The notes under the pieces: model-generated
Told to the model about the DNA's origin: nothing
The model's input: the letters and a program-made list of their open reading frames with translations, nothing else
Databases searched by the model: none
Position numbers and translations under genes: made by a program
Source of the DNA: the human T2T-CHM13v2.0 reference genome, Homo sapiens
Direction: 5' to 3' (one strand)
Assembly (NCBI RefSeq): GCF_009914755.1
Contig: NC_060925.1
DNA length: 64,000 nucleotides
Part shown: piece by piece, positions 1-13,977 of the stretch
Position numbering within the stretch: position 1 is the stretch's first letter
Layout of the letters: the number at the start of each line of letters is the position of its first letter

Positions 1-513
1 TGGCCAATATGGTGAATCCCCCATCTCCACTAAAAATACAAAAATTAGCTGGGCATGGTGGCACACACCTGTAGTCCCAGCTACTCGGGAGGCTGAAGCA
101 GGAGAATCACTTGAACCTGGGAAGTGGAGGCTGCAGTGAGCCAAGGTGTGCCACTGCACTCCAGCCTGGGCAACAGAGCGAGACTTCGTCTCAAAAAAAA
201 AAAAAAAAATTCACGGGCTGGGCGCGGTGGCTCACGCCTGTAATCCCAGCACTTTGGGTGGCCAAGGTGGGCAGATCACAAGGTCAGGAGTTCAAGACCA
301 GCCTGGCCAATATCGGGAAACCCCATCTCTACTAAAAATACAAAAATTAGCTGGGCATGGTGGTGTGTGTCTGTAGTCCCAGCTACTCGGAAGGCTGAGG
401 CAGACTAATTGCTTGAACCTGGGAGTCAGAGGTTGCAGCGAGCCGAGATCTTACCACTGCACTCCAGCCTGGGCGACAGAGCAAGACTCCGTTTAAAAAA
501 AAAAAAAAAAAAA
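1..513 (+). mobile_element. Two tandem AluS elements (1-209 partial; 216-513)
   Basis: Alu consensus and poly(A) tails. Confidence 0.95.
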
Positions 514-2784
514 TTATCTCCAGGCACAAGCTCAAGAGAAATAAAGGAAAAAGAATTAAATGGGACACTGTATACAAAGCACTTGGAAAACAAAGTGTTA
601 GACAAACTGAAGCCATTGTTACACCATGCAATCATTTTTTCTATTTGAACCTCATAAGAACATTATTGAGGAGATATAATTACTTCCAGTTTCCAGACAG
701 AGACATAGACTCAGAGAGGTAAAGCAATCAACCAGGGTCATCCAGGTTGCAGGTGTTAGAACAATTACTCAAGCCCACTGCTGCGTTACTCCAAAGCCCA
801 TGCTTTTCCACTCCATCACCCTAGGAGAAAGCCATACCTAAGGCCCGACACAGATGGCATAGATGGTGGTGAGCCATACTGTGGGGAAGTCTGGGGTTTG
901 GAAGTCTCCAGAAAAGCTGCAAACACTCAAGCATTGCCTAGACATGCCTCACCATGGGGCAGCACCCACCAGCCCAAGCACTTTAGTCTCAAAGTGAATT
1001 TGCAATGAAATACTCCAAGAACACTGGTGCCCTTAAAAGATTCCAAACTTACTCATAACTATTTGAAACTGAATGCTTCCCTCAAATATTCCTTGGTGGA
1101 ACCCTGAAATAGTTGCAGTTCAGTGAGGGCTATTAGCACACAGTGCCACAGTGGGCAGACACTGCTCTAGGGTCAGGCACCTGAATTGAATCCCGAGATT
1201 CTCACTAGGTCTCCATGGGACCTGCAGTGAACCATTTTCTCTCTTGGTGCCTCGCTTTCTTGATCTGTGAAATAGGGATAATAAACACTTACACTGCCCA
1301 CATCCCAGGGGCTTTGTGAGGATCAAGGGTAAGATAATTGCCGCAGAGACACTTTGGAAGCAATATGAAATGCTGTGGATTCGAGGTGTAATCAAAATGA
1401 CCTGTTCCACATAGGTGGCATGGTAACATTTATATTTTTGTTTGCTTTTGTTTAAAACCATTATTGAGGTTCAAGAAAATACAGCTTAGGTTAATTTTAA
1501 TATATTAATTAAAGTGAGCTTTTCTATCTACTATTTATAACAATTTATAACTATTTAAAACAATTTGTACAATTTTATCTTCCTCGAAATGTTAAATAAC
1601 CAATAGCTCTAGACAATAAAACCAATTATAGTCTCTCCCCCAGACAGGAGCTAAAAGCCCATCCTGTTAACATGAAATGTGTTCATATCACTTGAGGAGC
1701 CTCCTGGTATCTATGATTACTTTCAGAACTCACATGTCCTTCCCAAATGGAACTTAATAGGAGAAAGGAGAGATGTCCCCTAAAGGAATTCCAGACCAAT
1801 CCAATTATTTCCAAACCTATATATCCAGCTGCCCTCTGGCTATCCAATTGCACGCTCCACAGGAATCTCACATTCAACACAGCCAAAACCCAACTCACTA
1901 TTCCTGCCTGTGTTCTCAATCTCAATTAGATGGCAACTCCACGAGTTAACTTAGTTTGCTCCTTCCCACTCAATGTCTAATAATAACAGGATTCTTTTTA
2001 AAGAGATTCTTACTGACATGCCCCGCCCTCTAATAGGCACTGCACGTGTAATCTCAGTATTCCCACAACAACTCCATGGAGAGAGCATTCTTTTACAAGT
2101 GAGAAAACTGACGATATTAAGCTGGAGGCAGAGCTGGAATTTGAACCTACGTCAGGCTAACTTTAAAGTCCTTGTTCTTTCGACTAGAGCAGGATGCTCT
2201 CCAGGTACCAAATTATCTATTTTTTTTCCACTTCAGTATCTCTCAATGCATTGTTTCCACTGCCTTGGTTCAGGTAGCCTATCCTAATCCTGGCTCAGAT
2301 TGCTCCAAGAGCCTGTCCTATTGCTTCCAGACTACCCTTGACCTTTCCCCTATCCCTCATCCCCACAGCTACCAGAGTGAACTTTTCCAAATGCAAAAAT
2401 ATCATGTCACTTCCCTACTTTAAATCCTCAACTCCTCTCAATAGCTTCCAATAAATGTTCAAATTCTTCAGCCCCACACAAGGGCCTCGTGATCTTATCT
2501 CTGCCCTCCTCTCTAGAGCCACCTTCCACCATTTCCCCCCAGGTCCCTGGCTCCAGAGATACTATTTGCAATTCTCTGAATGCATCATGCTAGTTCCTAG
2601 TTCTCTATCTTCTAATAAGTCCTCCCACCACTGAAATGGCCTTCACTTCCCTTCTTCCTCTATTCAACTGCTACCAATTCTTTAAAAGTCAGTTTAAATG
2701 TCCACCTTCTCCAAGAAATCCCCCTTTTCCAACACTCACAGCCTCAGAAAGATACTTCTGAAGAGACCTAAGTCTTTTTTCATT

Positions 2785-3180
2785 ATTTTATTCATTCATT
2801 CATTTAAGAAATAGTTCTTGAGGGCCTACTATGTTCTAGGTACCATGCTAGGTGCAGGACTACAGGGATGAACCAAAGAGACACTGTCACTGCCTTTATG
2901 GGGATTACAATCCAGTAAGAGGGAGACAATAACCCGATAAGGACACAAGTAACCACACTCTGAGCTATGTATTATGAAAGAGAAGTAGAAGGTGCTATGA
3001 AATCATATATACAGAGGAGGGAGAGGGGCCTCACCTAGACTGAGGGACAGAGAATACTTCTCTGAAAAAATGACATTTGAGTTTAAATCTGAACGACAGC
3101 TCTGAGAATTACAGGTAGAGAAAATAGCATGTGCAGAAGGCATGAAGTGGGTCAGACCTTGCCAGGGTCTAGTAGCTGGA
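2785..3180 (-). mobile_element. L2 3' fragment
   Basis: TTCATTCATTCATT tail followed by L2-like sequence; ends approximate. Confidence 0.6.
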
Positions 3181-3378
3181 AGGATGAGTGATTTGCTTCT
3201 AGGCCCCCTCCCTAGTCTGTAAGCGAATAGATGGCAAGACCCTGCTCTGGGTTACTTTATATCCCCAGTGCCTTGCACATGATTTTTAATCAATGAATGA
3301 ATATATTGTTTGAATAAATATATGTTTGAAAACTGGAGTTATGATTTTTGTAAGTGGTGACTCTAACATACAAATAAC

Positions 3379-3453
3379 CTTGGCCTGAAGAACATTTGTT
3401 GCCACATCACTGCAAGGCCTGTGGCTCCAGCTGCTGCCGTCACTAAAACAACT
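3379..3453 (-). pseudogene. CRYZL2P: Exon 7 (NAD(P)H-binding loop) with frameshift near 3405-3410
   Basis: TCTTTCTTTGGCACAG|A GTT GTT TTA GTG ACG GCA GCA GCT GGA GCC ACA GGC CTT GCA GT-GAT GTG GCA ACA AAT GTT CTT CAG GCC AAG|GTTATT; the frame breaks after GLAV and DVATNV resumes in another frame. Confidence 0.88.
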
Positions 3454-4321
3454 CTGTGCCAAAGAAAGATGAATGCTACTTCAGAAACCTTCAGAAGTCA
3501 ACCAGTAATATGATTTCACAAATATTTTAGAAACAGAACATTTTAAAGCAAGAATGTTAGAGGTCGTTTCATTCAAACCTTCATATACATCTGTTCTCCA
3601 CCCTGTAAGCTTACGGATGTGACTTCTAGATTAGTGCTAATTGGGTTCAGTTTTGAAGACCTCCCAGGAAAAATATTCCTGAATCTCTCTAGGTAGCCTC
3701 TCCCTCATATCAGTGGCAACCCTTCCTTTGAGCTACCACTCCAATTTATTCTTCAGAAATTCTATCTTAAAATCCTTCTCATATTAGATACTGCCCAATG
3801 TTACAAGGTGATGAGCATGTAATGGCCACTGCTCAACTAAACCCACCTCTCTGAAGCAATTCTGAGTCTCACCTCTCTGAAAAGATCAAGAAGTAGTACG
3901 TATGCTCCAGGTAAAGAGTCAAACTTCAGCACCTTTTCTCCTGAAATGTCCCATCTGACACACTCAACAAGGCCTCACAGAAACAAATACCATAGGCCTC
4001 TAATAAACTCAGAGTGAAATGGGTTTAAATAAACCAACTATCTACACTTTAATACTTTTATGAGATCTCCAGGGCGGTCACATTTGAGAGAGGTATTTCT
4101 CCAATTCACAATGGCCAAGTTCACAGCCTATCATCTCCTCTCAGACAGAAGGATGTCCTCACAGTCAAAAAACCCCAATCTCAAGTGGCTACCTCCCTTT
4201 GGCCTTTCCTCAGCCAAAAGGAAGGGAAGGGAAGGGAAGAGGTGGGGCATGGCCTTGTCGGACACTTCTGATATCAAGAGAAGGGTACTTTCTAGCCTTC
4301 TGTCATCTACACAGTCCTTAC

Positions 4322-4431
4322 CCAGGCTGGGTACGGGCCCAATGCTCAAGAGCAAAAATCGCAGTGCCATAAGTTATAGGGAGGACAGCAGCTTCTTATA
4401 GGGAGACCTTTTCTGGAATCTGCCACAGGTC
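4322..4431 (-). pseudogene. CRYZL2P: Exon 6 with in-frame TAA stop at 4398-4396
   Basis: CTCTTTTTTAG|GAC CTG TGG...TCC CTA TAA GAA GCT...CCT GG|GTAAGG; 110 nt. Confidence 0.93.
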
Positions 4432-4762
4432 CTAAAAAAGAGATAACAGTGACTTACAGATTGAGTGTATGTACCTAAGTCGTAAAGGCTGCTCAGTAAA
4501 TATTAGGATTTGATTCAGTGACTGATTTGTAAAGGGAATCACTTGCCCATAACCAAGCCCAGTGGAAGTCAAAACTAAGCAAGCTGTAGCAGATTTCAGA
4601 ACTTGAATGCATCAGACTTCAAAACCCCAAGGCTAGCATCTGGCTCAGAAAGGAGCCAACAGGTAGAGAATGGAACACAGATCACTGTACTGTGATGGGT
4701 GAATGGTCTGGTATGTCAGTTTTACCTCAGTAAAGCTGGTGGGGACAATTGTGTACTGTCCA

Positions 4763-4776
4763 CCACCAGGGGGCAC
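4763..4776 (+). promoter_or_regulatory. CTCF core motif (intronic)
   Basis: CCACCAGGGGGCAC matches the CTCF core CCACCAGGGGGCGC. Confidence 0.65.
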
Positions 4777-5200
4777 CATTCACACCCTGCACAACCATGC
4801 TAGACTACCCTGGCTGGCTCCATTCCCAGGGCTATCTCTTTCATAAGCTTTGTGTCTGGGAGAAGCCCATTACATCCAGCTCAATGCCCAAAACCAGCTT
4901 TTCTACTAAAACTACCTAGTCCAAATGAACAGCCAGCTCAAGGACTCAGAAAACAAAATGTTGTTCTTCATTAAAACACTCAATGCAAACAAAGCTCTGT
5001 GCAAAGTGTTGTCACATTAATGAAGAGAAGAAGTTTAACATTTGAAAAAATGAAGTGCTTAGCTGAGAAACAAGACATGACCAAATAAATACAAAGAAAA
5101 AGAGGGAGAGGGGAAGACAGGAATGAGGGATAGGTGGAAATTAAAGAAAAACAAAGGAGAAAAAACATCTTCAACCATTAATCTTGAGTGGTACAGATAC

Positions 5201-5266
5201 CTTCTGGTCAGTGACGCATTCTTCAGCCATACAATTAAAGTTTCTTGTGCCAATAACTCTATCTCC
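5201..5266 (-). pseudogene. CRYZL2P: Exon 5 (GDRVIGTRNFNCMAEECVTDQK)
   Basis: GTTTCCTTTAG|GGAGAT...CAGAAG|GTATCT; 66 nt. Confidence 0.92.
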
Positions 5267-5797
5267 CTAAAGGAAACATACCATTAAGGATATGTGCAAA
5301 TGTATGACCTTGCATTCCTTTTCCTGAATTAATCAAAAAAGAAAAAAAAATGCACATCTCTGACTCCATAAGACACAGGTTGGTCTTAATTATTCAGAGT
5401 TACTGTTTAGTAAATAAAATAATAACTCTCTCAATACCACCACCAGGCTGTGAAGCCAATTTGAGTGAGCACATTTGAGACGAAGAGAGAGAGTAAGGGA
5501 AAGGTTGATTTGAATTAGAAGCCCACTCTTAATTTCACAAGAGAATCAAATTCTCTGTCCTCTTGGTTAAAGACTGAGGTGCCGCCTTTTATTCATAATG
5601 AAAAGTTTAATGAAGCCAGGAACTTCCAATTACTTCCTTTCCCCAGAAAGAATTTTGTTTCTTACCTTTCTAGTTAGGTTTCCCTTTGGTGTCTGCAGGC
5701 AAAAGCCAGTAGAAGCAAGACCCTTTGGCTACAAATGAAGTTAGCATATTTTTCATAGCTACATATACATTGATTCCCTAGACTTCAATTAATTTAC

Positions 5798-5856
5798 CTC
5801 TTTAACTGTCCTGACATCTGTGCCTGTCTCCAATACTGTCCCAGAAAAGTCCATTC
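5798..5856 (-). pseudogene. CRYZL2P: Exon 4 (MDFSGTVLETGTDVRTVKE)
   Basis: TGTTTTTAG|GAATG...AAAGAG|GTAAAT; 59 nt, phases match both neighbours. Confidence 0.92.
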
Positions 5857-6720
5857 CTAAAAACATATTGTTTAAAGATTAGGTTATCTGTAAAACACAA
5901 CACCATGGAGATGAGAAAACACTGATCGACAGGCTATTCCAACAGCTTTCGGAGCTGAGGATTTAGGTGCCCCTCCTCCTCTCCATATGCAGGTAGAGAG
6001 GTAAGGTGTTATACTCAAAGCACAGGAAAGTAAACATAAGATTTCACCATCACAACCTGGGAAGCTATAGCAGTCTCAATCTTACCATGACACAAATGAA
6101 AATTTCAAGAATGTGCAAAAGCACAGAGAATCACAGGTACACAGGTACTTTTGACCCTAATCACTGGGACCTCCTATAGCACCCCAGTGACAATGTTCAT
6201 CCTATTTATTTATCTGTTTTCAAGTCTCTTCTGCTGGCCTGTAGGGCCCTCAAGGACATGAACTGTGTTTATTCAGACAGTACTTGGCTCAACTGGATGA
6301 ACTGGTGCTGTCTGCCCTTTCCTTTTTCACCTCTGAAATTTCTGAATTAATGATGATGTTTCCTACTTGAGCTGCCAGGGGAATAACTCAATTGTGTATG
6401 ACATCTTCCCCCCAACCAGTATTTCAGCAAATATAAACAGAAGGAAATGGTTCTAACTGTCGAGATACAATCAAACACCCTGAAAACAAAACACGGTAAC
6501 TATTTGCAATCACTCTATCTTTCATGATATATATCTGTATAAAATGTACATGTACTATATACATGCTAAGCTATACTTACATCCCTTTAAATAAATTTCA
6601 ACAACAAAAATCAGTCACTTGTCCACATGTGCAGGATCTAGGGGTAGACTGGGAACAAAAATCAGGCAGAGGGCTGCTAAGAAATCCACACTCTTCTTCT
6701 CTCTGATCCTTTGGCATTAG

Positions 6721-7034
<314 letters not shown>

Positions 7035-7475
7035 TGGCATTAGGTTTTATTGGGAATGTGTCTGTGAGGCTGAAAGTTTTAGCTGCAAACAGATGTCTGT
7101 GATCCTTCAGTGAAGAAACAAAACTGGGGCAATATCCAGCAAGGAAAGGGAATGAATGGCTAGGACCAATGATAATTCTGGTGAAAATTCATTTGTTCAT
7201 TTCTTCATTTTTAGAGTATTTATTGAGCACCTACTAAGAGCCACGTACAATGCTAAGCTGGGGGATATAATGTTGATCAAGACAGGCATAGACTTTGCCC
7301 TCATGGGGCTCACAATCCAGTGATCCCAATACACAGTGAGATGGACACATATAACTGAAACATCACCGATGGCAGGCAGACACCAACAGAGCACTGCCTG
7401 AGCCCAGGGGCATGATTCTGAAAACTCCCTGTATCTTTTTTTCCTGAAGCAGTCACTTGGTCTCCCTATACTCAC

Positions 7476-7572
7476 CAGGTGTGAAGGGAAGATGGGGCCT
7501 TTCCTGATATTGATCACGGCAGATCAAAATATCACCAAAGTTAACTCCACAGAAATGGACATCAACTCTGAC
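7476..7572 (-). pseudogene. CRYZL2P: Exon 3 (VRVDVHFCGVNFGDILICRDQYQERPHLPFTP-G)
   Basis: TTTCTTTTGTAG|GTC...CCTG|GTGAG; 97 nt, open frame. Confidence 0.93.
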
Positions 7573-7922
7573 CTACAAAAGAAATAGAGCAGCAAAGCAG
7601 AACAGTACACATCCACGGAGACAATGTTTATTCAATCATACCAAAATAGTTACTGAATGACAACAACATGCCAGGTACTAAAGTAACAGCTGGCACACAC
7701 TCATGGGCAAGGCCTCTGCCTTCATGAAGCTAAAGTATAGGAGGGAAAACAGATATTAACCAGATAATAATGAAGATACATATATTAAGTTATAACTCCA
7801 GTACCAAGCATTAATGATAAAAAATATATGGTGCTATGAAAGCACATAATGGAAGGATTTGACCACTTAGGGAAGTCAGGAAAAGCATTCCTAAGTAAGC
7901 AACACTTTGAACTAACAACTGA

Positions 7923-8327
<405 letters not shown>

Positions 8328-8539
8328 TCCTTACTGAAGATCTTAATTTTCATACTAGGAACAATGGGAAGTCATTAATGAGTTTTAAACAGAAGGGTAA
8401 AATGATCAGCTCTTTGGGGAATCTGGAATCCTTTACCCTAGTCCCAGATCCCCAGCCTCTATGTTTTGTGATAGTGCCATAGCTGAGGCAGACCTACAGC
8501 AGTGTAGCCAGTAGTTTCTCTAGGCCTTGTAAGCCCACG

Positions 8540-8972
<433 letters not shown>

Positions 8973-8977
8973 AAGAC

Positions 8978-9299
8978 CAGGGGTTCCCAACCCCGGGGCC
9001 ACAGACCGGTATGCTGTCAGGAATCCAGCTGCACAGCAAGAGGTGAGCAGACAAAGCAAGCATACCGCCCAGCTCTGCCTCCCGTCAGATCAGTGGCGGC
9101 ATCAGATTCTCACAGAAGTGCGAACCGTATTGTGAACTACACAGGCAAGGGATCCAGGTTGCGCACTCCTTATGAGAATCTAATGCCTGAGGATCTGCGG
9201 TGGAACAGTTTCATTCCAAAACCATCCCCTCCAACCCCCATCAGTCCATGGAAAAACTGTCTTCCACAGAACTGGTGCCAAAAAGGTTGCGGACCGCTG
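8978..9299. mobile_element. MER1B-like hAT-Charlie DNA transposon
   Basis: Terminal inverted repeats CAGGGGTTCCCAACC / GGTTGCGGACCGCTG; internal ATCAGATTCTCA...TGAGAATCTAAT palindrome. Confidence 0.85.
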
Positions 9300-10464
9300 T
9301 GCTAGACAACCACTGTCATAAACCAACACATCCCAACAGGGGTTGGAATTACTGGAAGAAATGAAAGCTGAGACACCAAAGGGATGATATTGATTTGTTT
9401 GTACAGAGGTGGCCATATTGGTGAGAAGAAATTTTTATCTACAAAATTCATTCATTCAACAATTTTTTAAGCCTCTGCCACATGCCAGGAACCATTTTAG
9501 ACTTAAGGGATTTAGTAGTGAGTAAAACAAACATAGTCACAGCTCTCATGGGCTAATTCCTTACAATGCAATGTCTAGGACAAATAACAGAACAAAGGAG
9601 CCTAGCCCTCAGCCTGGACACATTCCATGCAGGACACATCAGTTATTGACAGGCATGCACAGGGCACACATGTGTTCTCCAGCCACTCCACCTAGATTTA
9701 AGGATGATTTGAGGATGAATGTCGTTCAGCATGTGAATCCCAGGAAGTAGATTGGCTGCCATCATGTGCTCATTCAAATAATCCGTGTTAGCCATGTTAG
9801 TTAACAGGCTCCATGCTGGTAACACTTCAGGGCTATGGCTGCCTTTCTCCCTCTCCCTGGCGGTCTCCAACACTGAGGCCCACTATCTGCTTCACGCTGT
9901 CTGAGGTTCTCATCTCCACACCAGATGACACTGTGTTACTAGAGTGGTCAATAGGCAAGGCCAAAATGATGTCCACATTTCAGTGGACCAGCTGCCCACA
10001 TCCCTAAACGAACCCCATCCCAAATGTCTGCAATATACCAGAGGCGTATGTTCACATGGAAACACGGAGGTTACCGGGCTGGTTTCAGGGAGGCAGAGGC
10101 CGAATAATTCGATTCCGGCACTGAGGTGGAAGGAAGCAAAGGATGAGGTCCATGTACCTGTGTTAAACCAATAACTTGCACATACAAAGTCGTGTGCAAA
10201 TCAGAATTCTCTGTTTCTAAGGCAACAGCTCTGAGCATTGAGAAAGAGGCCTATAGGCGTGTTTTGGGGGAACAATCTTCCTTTAGCACTTTAGACCTTG
10301 GAAAGGGCTTCAGCCCCCTAGCTATCCCAGGACGAAGTTGCCCTCCACTCTCTCGGTCGCCCCCTCGCTTCAGAACTGGGAACTTGATTCAAGAAGGAAG
10401 CCTGCGGGGAGTGTGTGGTGGCGGGGAGAAGGGGAGGGTAGAAGGGGATAAGCCAGCCCCCTAC

Positions 10465-10572
10465 CTCGTGAGGCCTGACGGGGCGGGGGCCACCTCTTCA
10501 ATGGTCAGGGGCTTCTTCAGCTCTGCGCAAATCGCAGCGCGGTAGTGCCGGCCGCTGCCCTGTCCGGCTCTC
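10465..10572 (-). pseudogene. CRYZL2P: Exon 2 with 1-bp frameshifting deletion
   Basis: Preceded by a 95-nt intron with CTGAC branch point and CCTTCCCTTGTTTTGTGTTGCAG acceptor; ends CACGAG|GTAG. It is 108 nt where 109 is needed to join phase-0 exon 3; the missing base maps to the C-run (plus-strand G5 at 10485-10489). Confidence 0.88.
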
Positions 10573-10667
10573 CTGCAACACAAAACAAGGGAAGGGTCAG
10601 TCGGGCAGCCCCGCCGGGAGCACCCCGGGACTGCCTTGCGGGGCTCAGGGAGGAGTCGGGGTTGCAC

Positions 10668-10717
10668 CTGCAGACCCACGCCCGAGGGAGGCACTGCCTG
10701 CAGAGCACGGCCGCCAA
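10668..10717 (-). pseudogene. CRYZL2P: Exon 1 coding part; ancestral start codon appears mutated to TTG (10717-10715)
   Basis: Minus strand GCC TTG GCG GCC GTG CTC TGC ... GTC TGC AG|GTGCAA; Kozak-like GCC-xTG-G context; 50 nt, phase 2. Confidence 0.8.
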
Positions 10718-11052
10718 GGCCAAGCCCAGCGAGGGGCGAGGGGGAGTGGCCAGAGCGCGGCAGGAAGAGCCGGACAGCGCCGCCCAGCCCCGGGAGAGCG
10801 GAAGGGCGGCCCGCGAGGCCTCCTGGCGACGCGCCCTGGCAGCCACGACCCAACCCCGGCGGGGCAGCTCCGGTCCAGTGCGCCCGGCTTCTACGGCCGC
10901 CGAGACCAAACGACCGCGCGAGCTCCCTGTTGGGCCTCTCTGGAGGTGGAGCCGGCTGGAAGAAAAAAAGAATAAAGGAAAACACCAGGAAACGGAATTC
11001 GATTACCCGAGATTAACCTTCTTTGGCATTTTTATAACAAATTTGGGAGACT

Positions 11053-11210
11053 TTTTTTTTTTGTAGTTTCAACTTTTATTTTAGATTCAGGGGCTACATG
11101 TGCAGATGTGACCTGGGTATATTGTGTGATGCTAAGGTTCAGGGTACGAATCATCTCGTCACTTCGGTGCTGAACATAGTACCTAATAGTTTTTCAACCC
11201 TTGCCCCCCT
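11053..11210 (-). mobile_element. Short old L1PA 3' end
   Basis: T-tail followed by CAACTTTTATTTTAGATTCAGGGGCTACATGTGCAG. Confidence 0.75.
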
Positions 11211-11264
11211 CAAAATTGGGAAACTTTTTAAACCACACTTGGCGACATTTAAATAGTGGTTCTT

Positions 11265-11840
<576 letters not shown>

Positions 11841-12913
11841 AGGTGAAGGCTTTAAAGTCAGCATTTGAACACCTTGTTAGAGTTCAATTCTTGTTACTAA
11901 TTTTCTCACATTTGCAGGACCATTTACACTAAATCCAAAGAGTTACTAATGATCCAATGTTGAATGAGCCTACACAAATCCAAATAATACTTCCAGTTAA
12001 AATCAGACCAAAACCCACCACGGGGAGAGTGGAAGGGCATTGGTTCTCATGTCCCCAATGCCAGTATTATGCTTGGCACATAGTAGATGCTCAATAAATG
12101 ATTGTTGATTCGAAGACCAACACAGACCATTCACACTAGGCGAATAAGCACACTCTGGAAGAATTGAAAATATACAATATAATCTGTGAAATATTATAAA
12201 ATTGGGTAGATCTCTATTGCAACAGTAACCAAATATTTATAGGCTAGCTATATAAGAGAAGCACACATTATGTTGGAGAGAATATTTCGTTTGACAGGTA
12301 ACTTTTAAAGACAGCCTGATGTCTTTAAAAGACATCTGGCAGAAGAGTAGTCTCAGGTTCAAGCCCAGCTCTCCCACTTATTTGCGGGTTTAACATTGAC
12401 ATTTCTTGGCTCTCTGTCTCAGTGAACTCCTCTGTAAAATGAACACATCGGGCAGAATAATCCCTAAGTTCTAAATTCCTTCTATTTTTTGACAGAAACA
12501 GAATTCCCAGATAGAGCATGACCTGGAAGGCATGATCAGGAATGGAATAAAGGGAAAATGGAGAGCAAAAATGAAGTAGGAATGAACTTCTGAGATTATA
12601 GCCTAAAGGCTCTGGGGAAAAGGAGTACAAGAGCAAGGTCCTCACCTTGGATATACAACAGAGCTTACTGTTATTTTAATAGCACTCACAAGGAATTTGA
12701 GAAGTCATTTTAGTCCTCTCCCCCTTCCCACAAGAGGAAGACTAGAACAATGACTAGAAGCTGAGAAGTTGAAAAAACTTGTGTTTCCAATGAGACAATA
12801 AAGCACTTTGTGAACTGTTAATCATTAGACATATAAAATCAAACCAGGAATAATGGAGAAATACTAATGTTATCATCAAAGTGAACATTCTGGTTGCCAA
12901 ATAACAGTGAGCA

Positions 12914-13011
12914 ACTGGGTGCAGTGGCTCACACCTGTAATCTCAGCACTTTGAGAGGCCGAGGGAGGTGGATCGCTTGAGGCCAGGAGCTCACAGCCTG
13001 GGCAAGATAAT
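12914..13011 (+). mobile_element. Alu 5' part, interrupted by HERV-H
   Basis: Alu left arm up to CCTGGGCAAGATAAT. Confidence 0.9.
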
Positions 13012-13444
13012 TGTCAGGCCTCTGAGCCCAAGCTAAGCCATCATATCCCCTGTGACCTGCACATATACATTCAGATGGCCTGAAGCAACTGAAGATTCAC
13101 AAAAGAAGTGAAAATAGCCTTAACTGATGACATTCCACCATTGTGATTTGTTTCTGCCCCACCCTAACTGATCAATGTACTTTGTGATCTCCCCCACCCT
13201 TAAGAAGGTTCTTTGTAATTCTCCCCACCCTTGAGAATGTACTTTGTGAGATCCACCCCCTGCCCGCAAAACATTGCTCCTAACTCCACCGCCTACCCCA
13301 AAACCTATAAGAACTAATGATAATCCCACCACCCTTTGCTGACTCTCTTTTCGGACTTAGCCCGCCTGCACCCAGGTGAAATAAACAGCCTTGTTGCTCA
13401 CACAAAGCCTATTTGGTGGTCTCCTCACATGGACGTGCATGACA
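13012..13444 (+). mobile_element. 5' LTR (LTR7B-like), 433 bp
   Basis: TGTCAGGCCTCTGAGCCCAAG...GTGCATGACA; TATA-like CCTATAAG near 13304, AATAAA 13380-13385, ~31-bp type II-like repeats. Confidence 0.95.
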
Positions 13445-13446
13445 TT

Positions 13447-13464
13447 GGGTGCTGAAACCCGGGA
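13447..13464 (+). other. Primer-binding site, tRNA-Phe type
   Basis: GGGTGCTGAAACCCGGGA: 16/18 to Phe PBS TGGTGCCGAAACCCGGGA versus 11/18 to His PBS TGGTGCCGTGACTCGGAT. Confidence 0.85.
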
Positions 13465-13977
13465 CAGGAGGACTCCTTCGGGAGACCAGTCCCCTTCCCC
13501 TGTCCTCGCCCTCACTCCTTGAGGAGATCCACCTGCAACCTCGGGTCCTCAGACCAACCAGCCCAAGGAACATCTCATGAATTTCAAATTGGGTAAGCGG
13601 TCTTTTCACTCTCTTCTCCAGCCTCTCTTGCTACCCTTCAATCTCCCTCTCTCGCTACCCTTCAATCTCCCAGTCCTTCCAACGCCAGTTCTTTTTCCTC
13701 TCTAGTAGAGACAAAGGAAACACATTTTATCTGTAGACTCCAGCGCCAGTCACGGACTTGGGAAGACAGTCTTCCCTTGGTGTTTAATCACCGCGGGGAC
13801 GCCTGCCTGATTATTCACTCACACTCCATTGGTGTCTGATCACCGCGGGGACGCCTGCCTTGGTCATTCACCCACATTCCCTTGGTGGCAAGTCAATTGC
13901 GGGGACACCTGCTTTGGCTGCTCACCTACTCCCTTCTCCATGTCTCTACCTTTCTCTTTAAACTTACCTCCATTACT

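Larger units (their letters stand above)
10400..10950. promoter_or_regulatory. CpG island / promoter of the pseudogene
   Basis: Very GC-rich with dense retained CpGs; overlaps exons 1-2; the only such island in the window. Confidence 0.9.

Noticed and set aside
1052-1102. Minus-strand AG...GTAAGT bounded segment as pseudogene exon 8
   Set aside because: No similarity to the expected next QOR segment, weak polypyrimidine tract; could at most be a cryptic non-coding exon.
7415-7435. GAGTTTTCAG (EFS) just after exon 3 as the next exon
   Set aside because: Purine-rich acceptor and no continuing homology; the true exon is at 5798-5856.
10461-10985. 174-aa and 130-aa minus-strand ORFs as intact genes
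   Set aside because: Each reads through intron 1 and overlaps only one pseudogene exon in frame; real homology needs splicing and frameshift correction.
10545-11066. 173-aa and 126-aa plus-strand ORFs over the CpG island
   Set aside because: Low-complexity Ala/Arg/Pro/Gly frames expected from stop-poor GC-rich DNA; no domain; antisense to the real exons.
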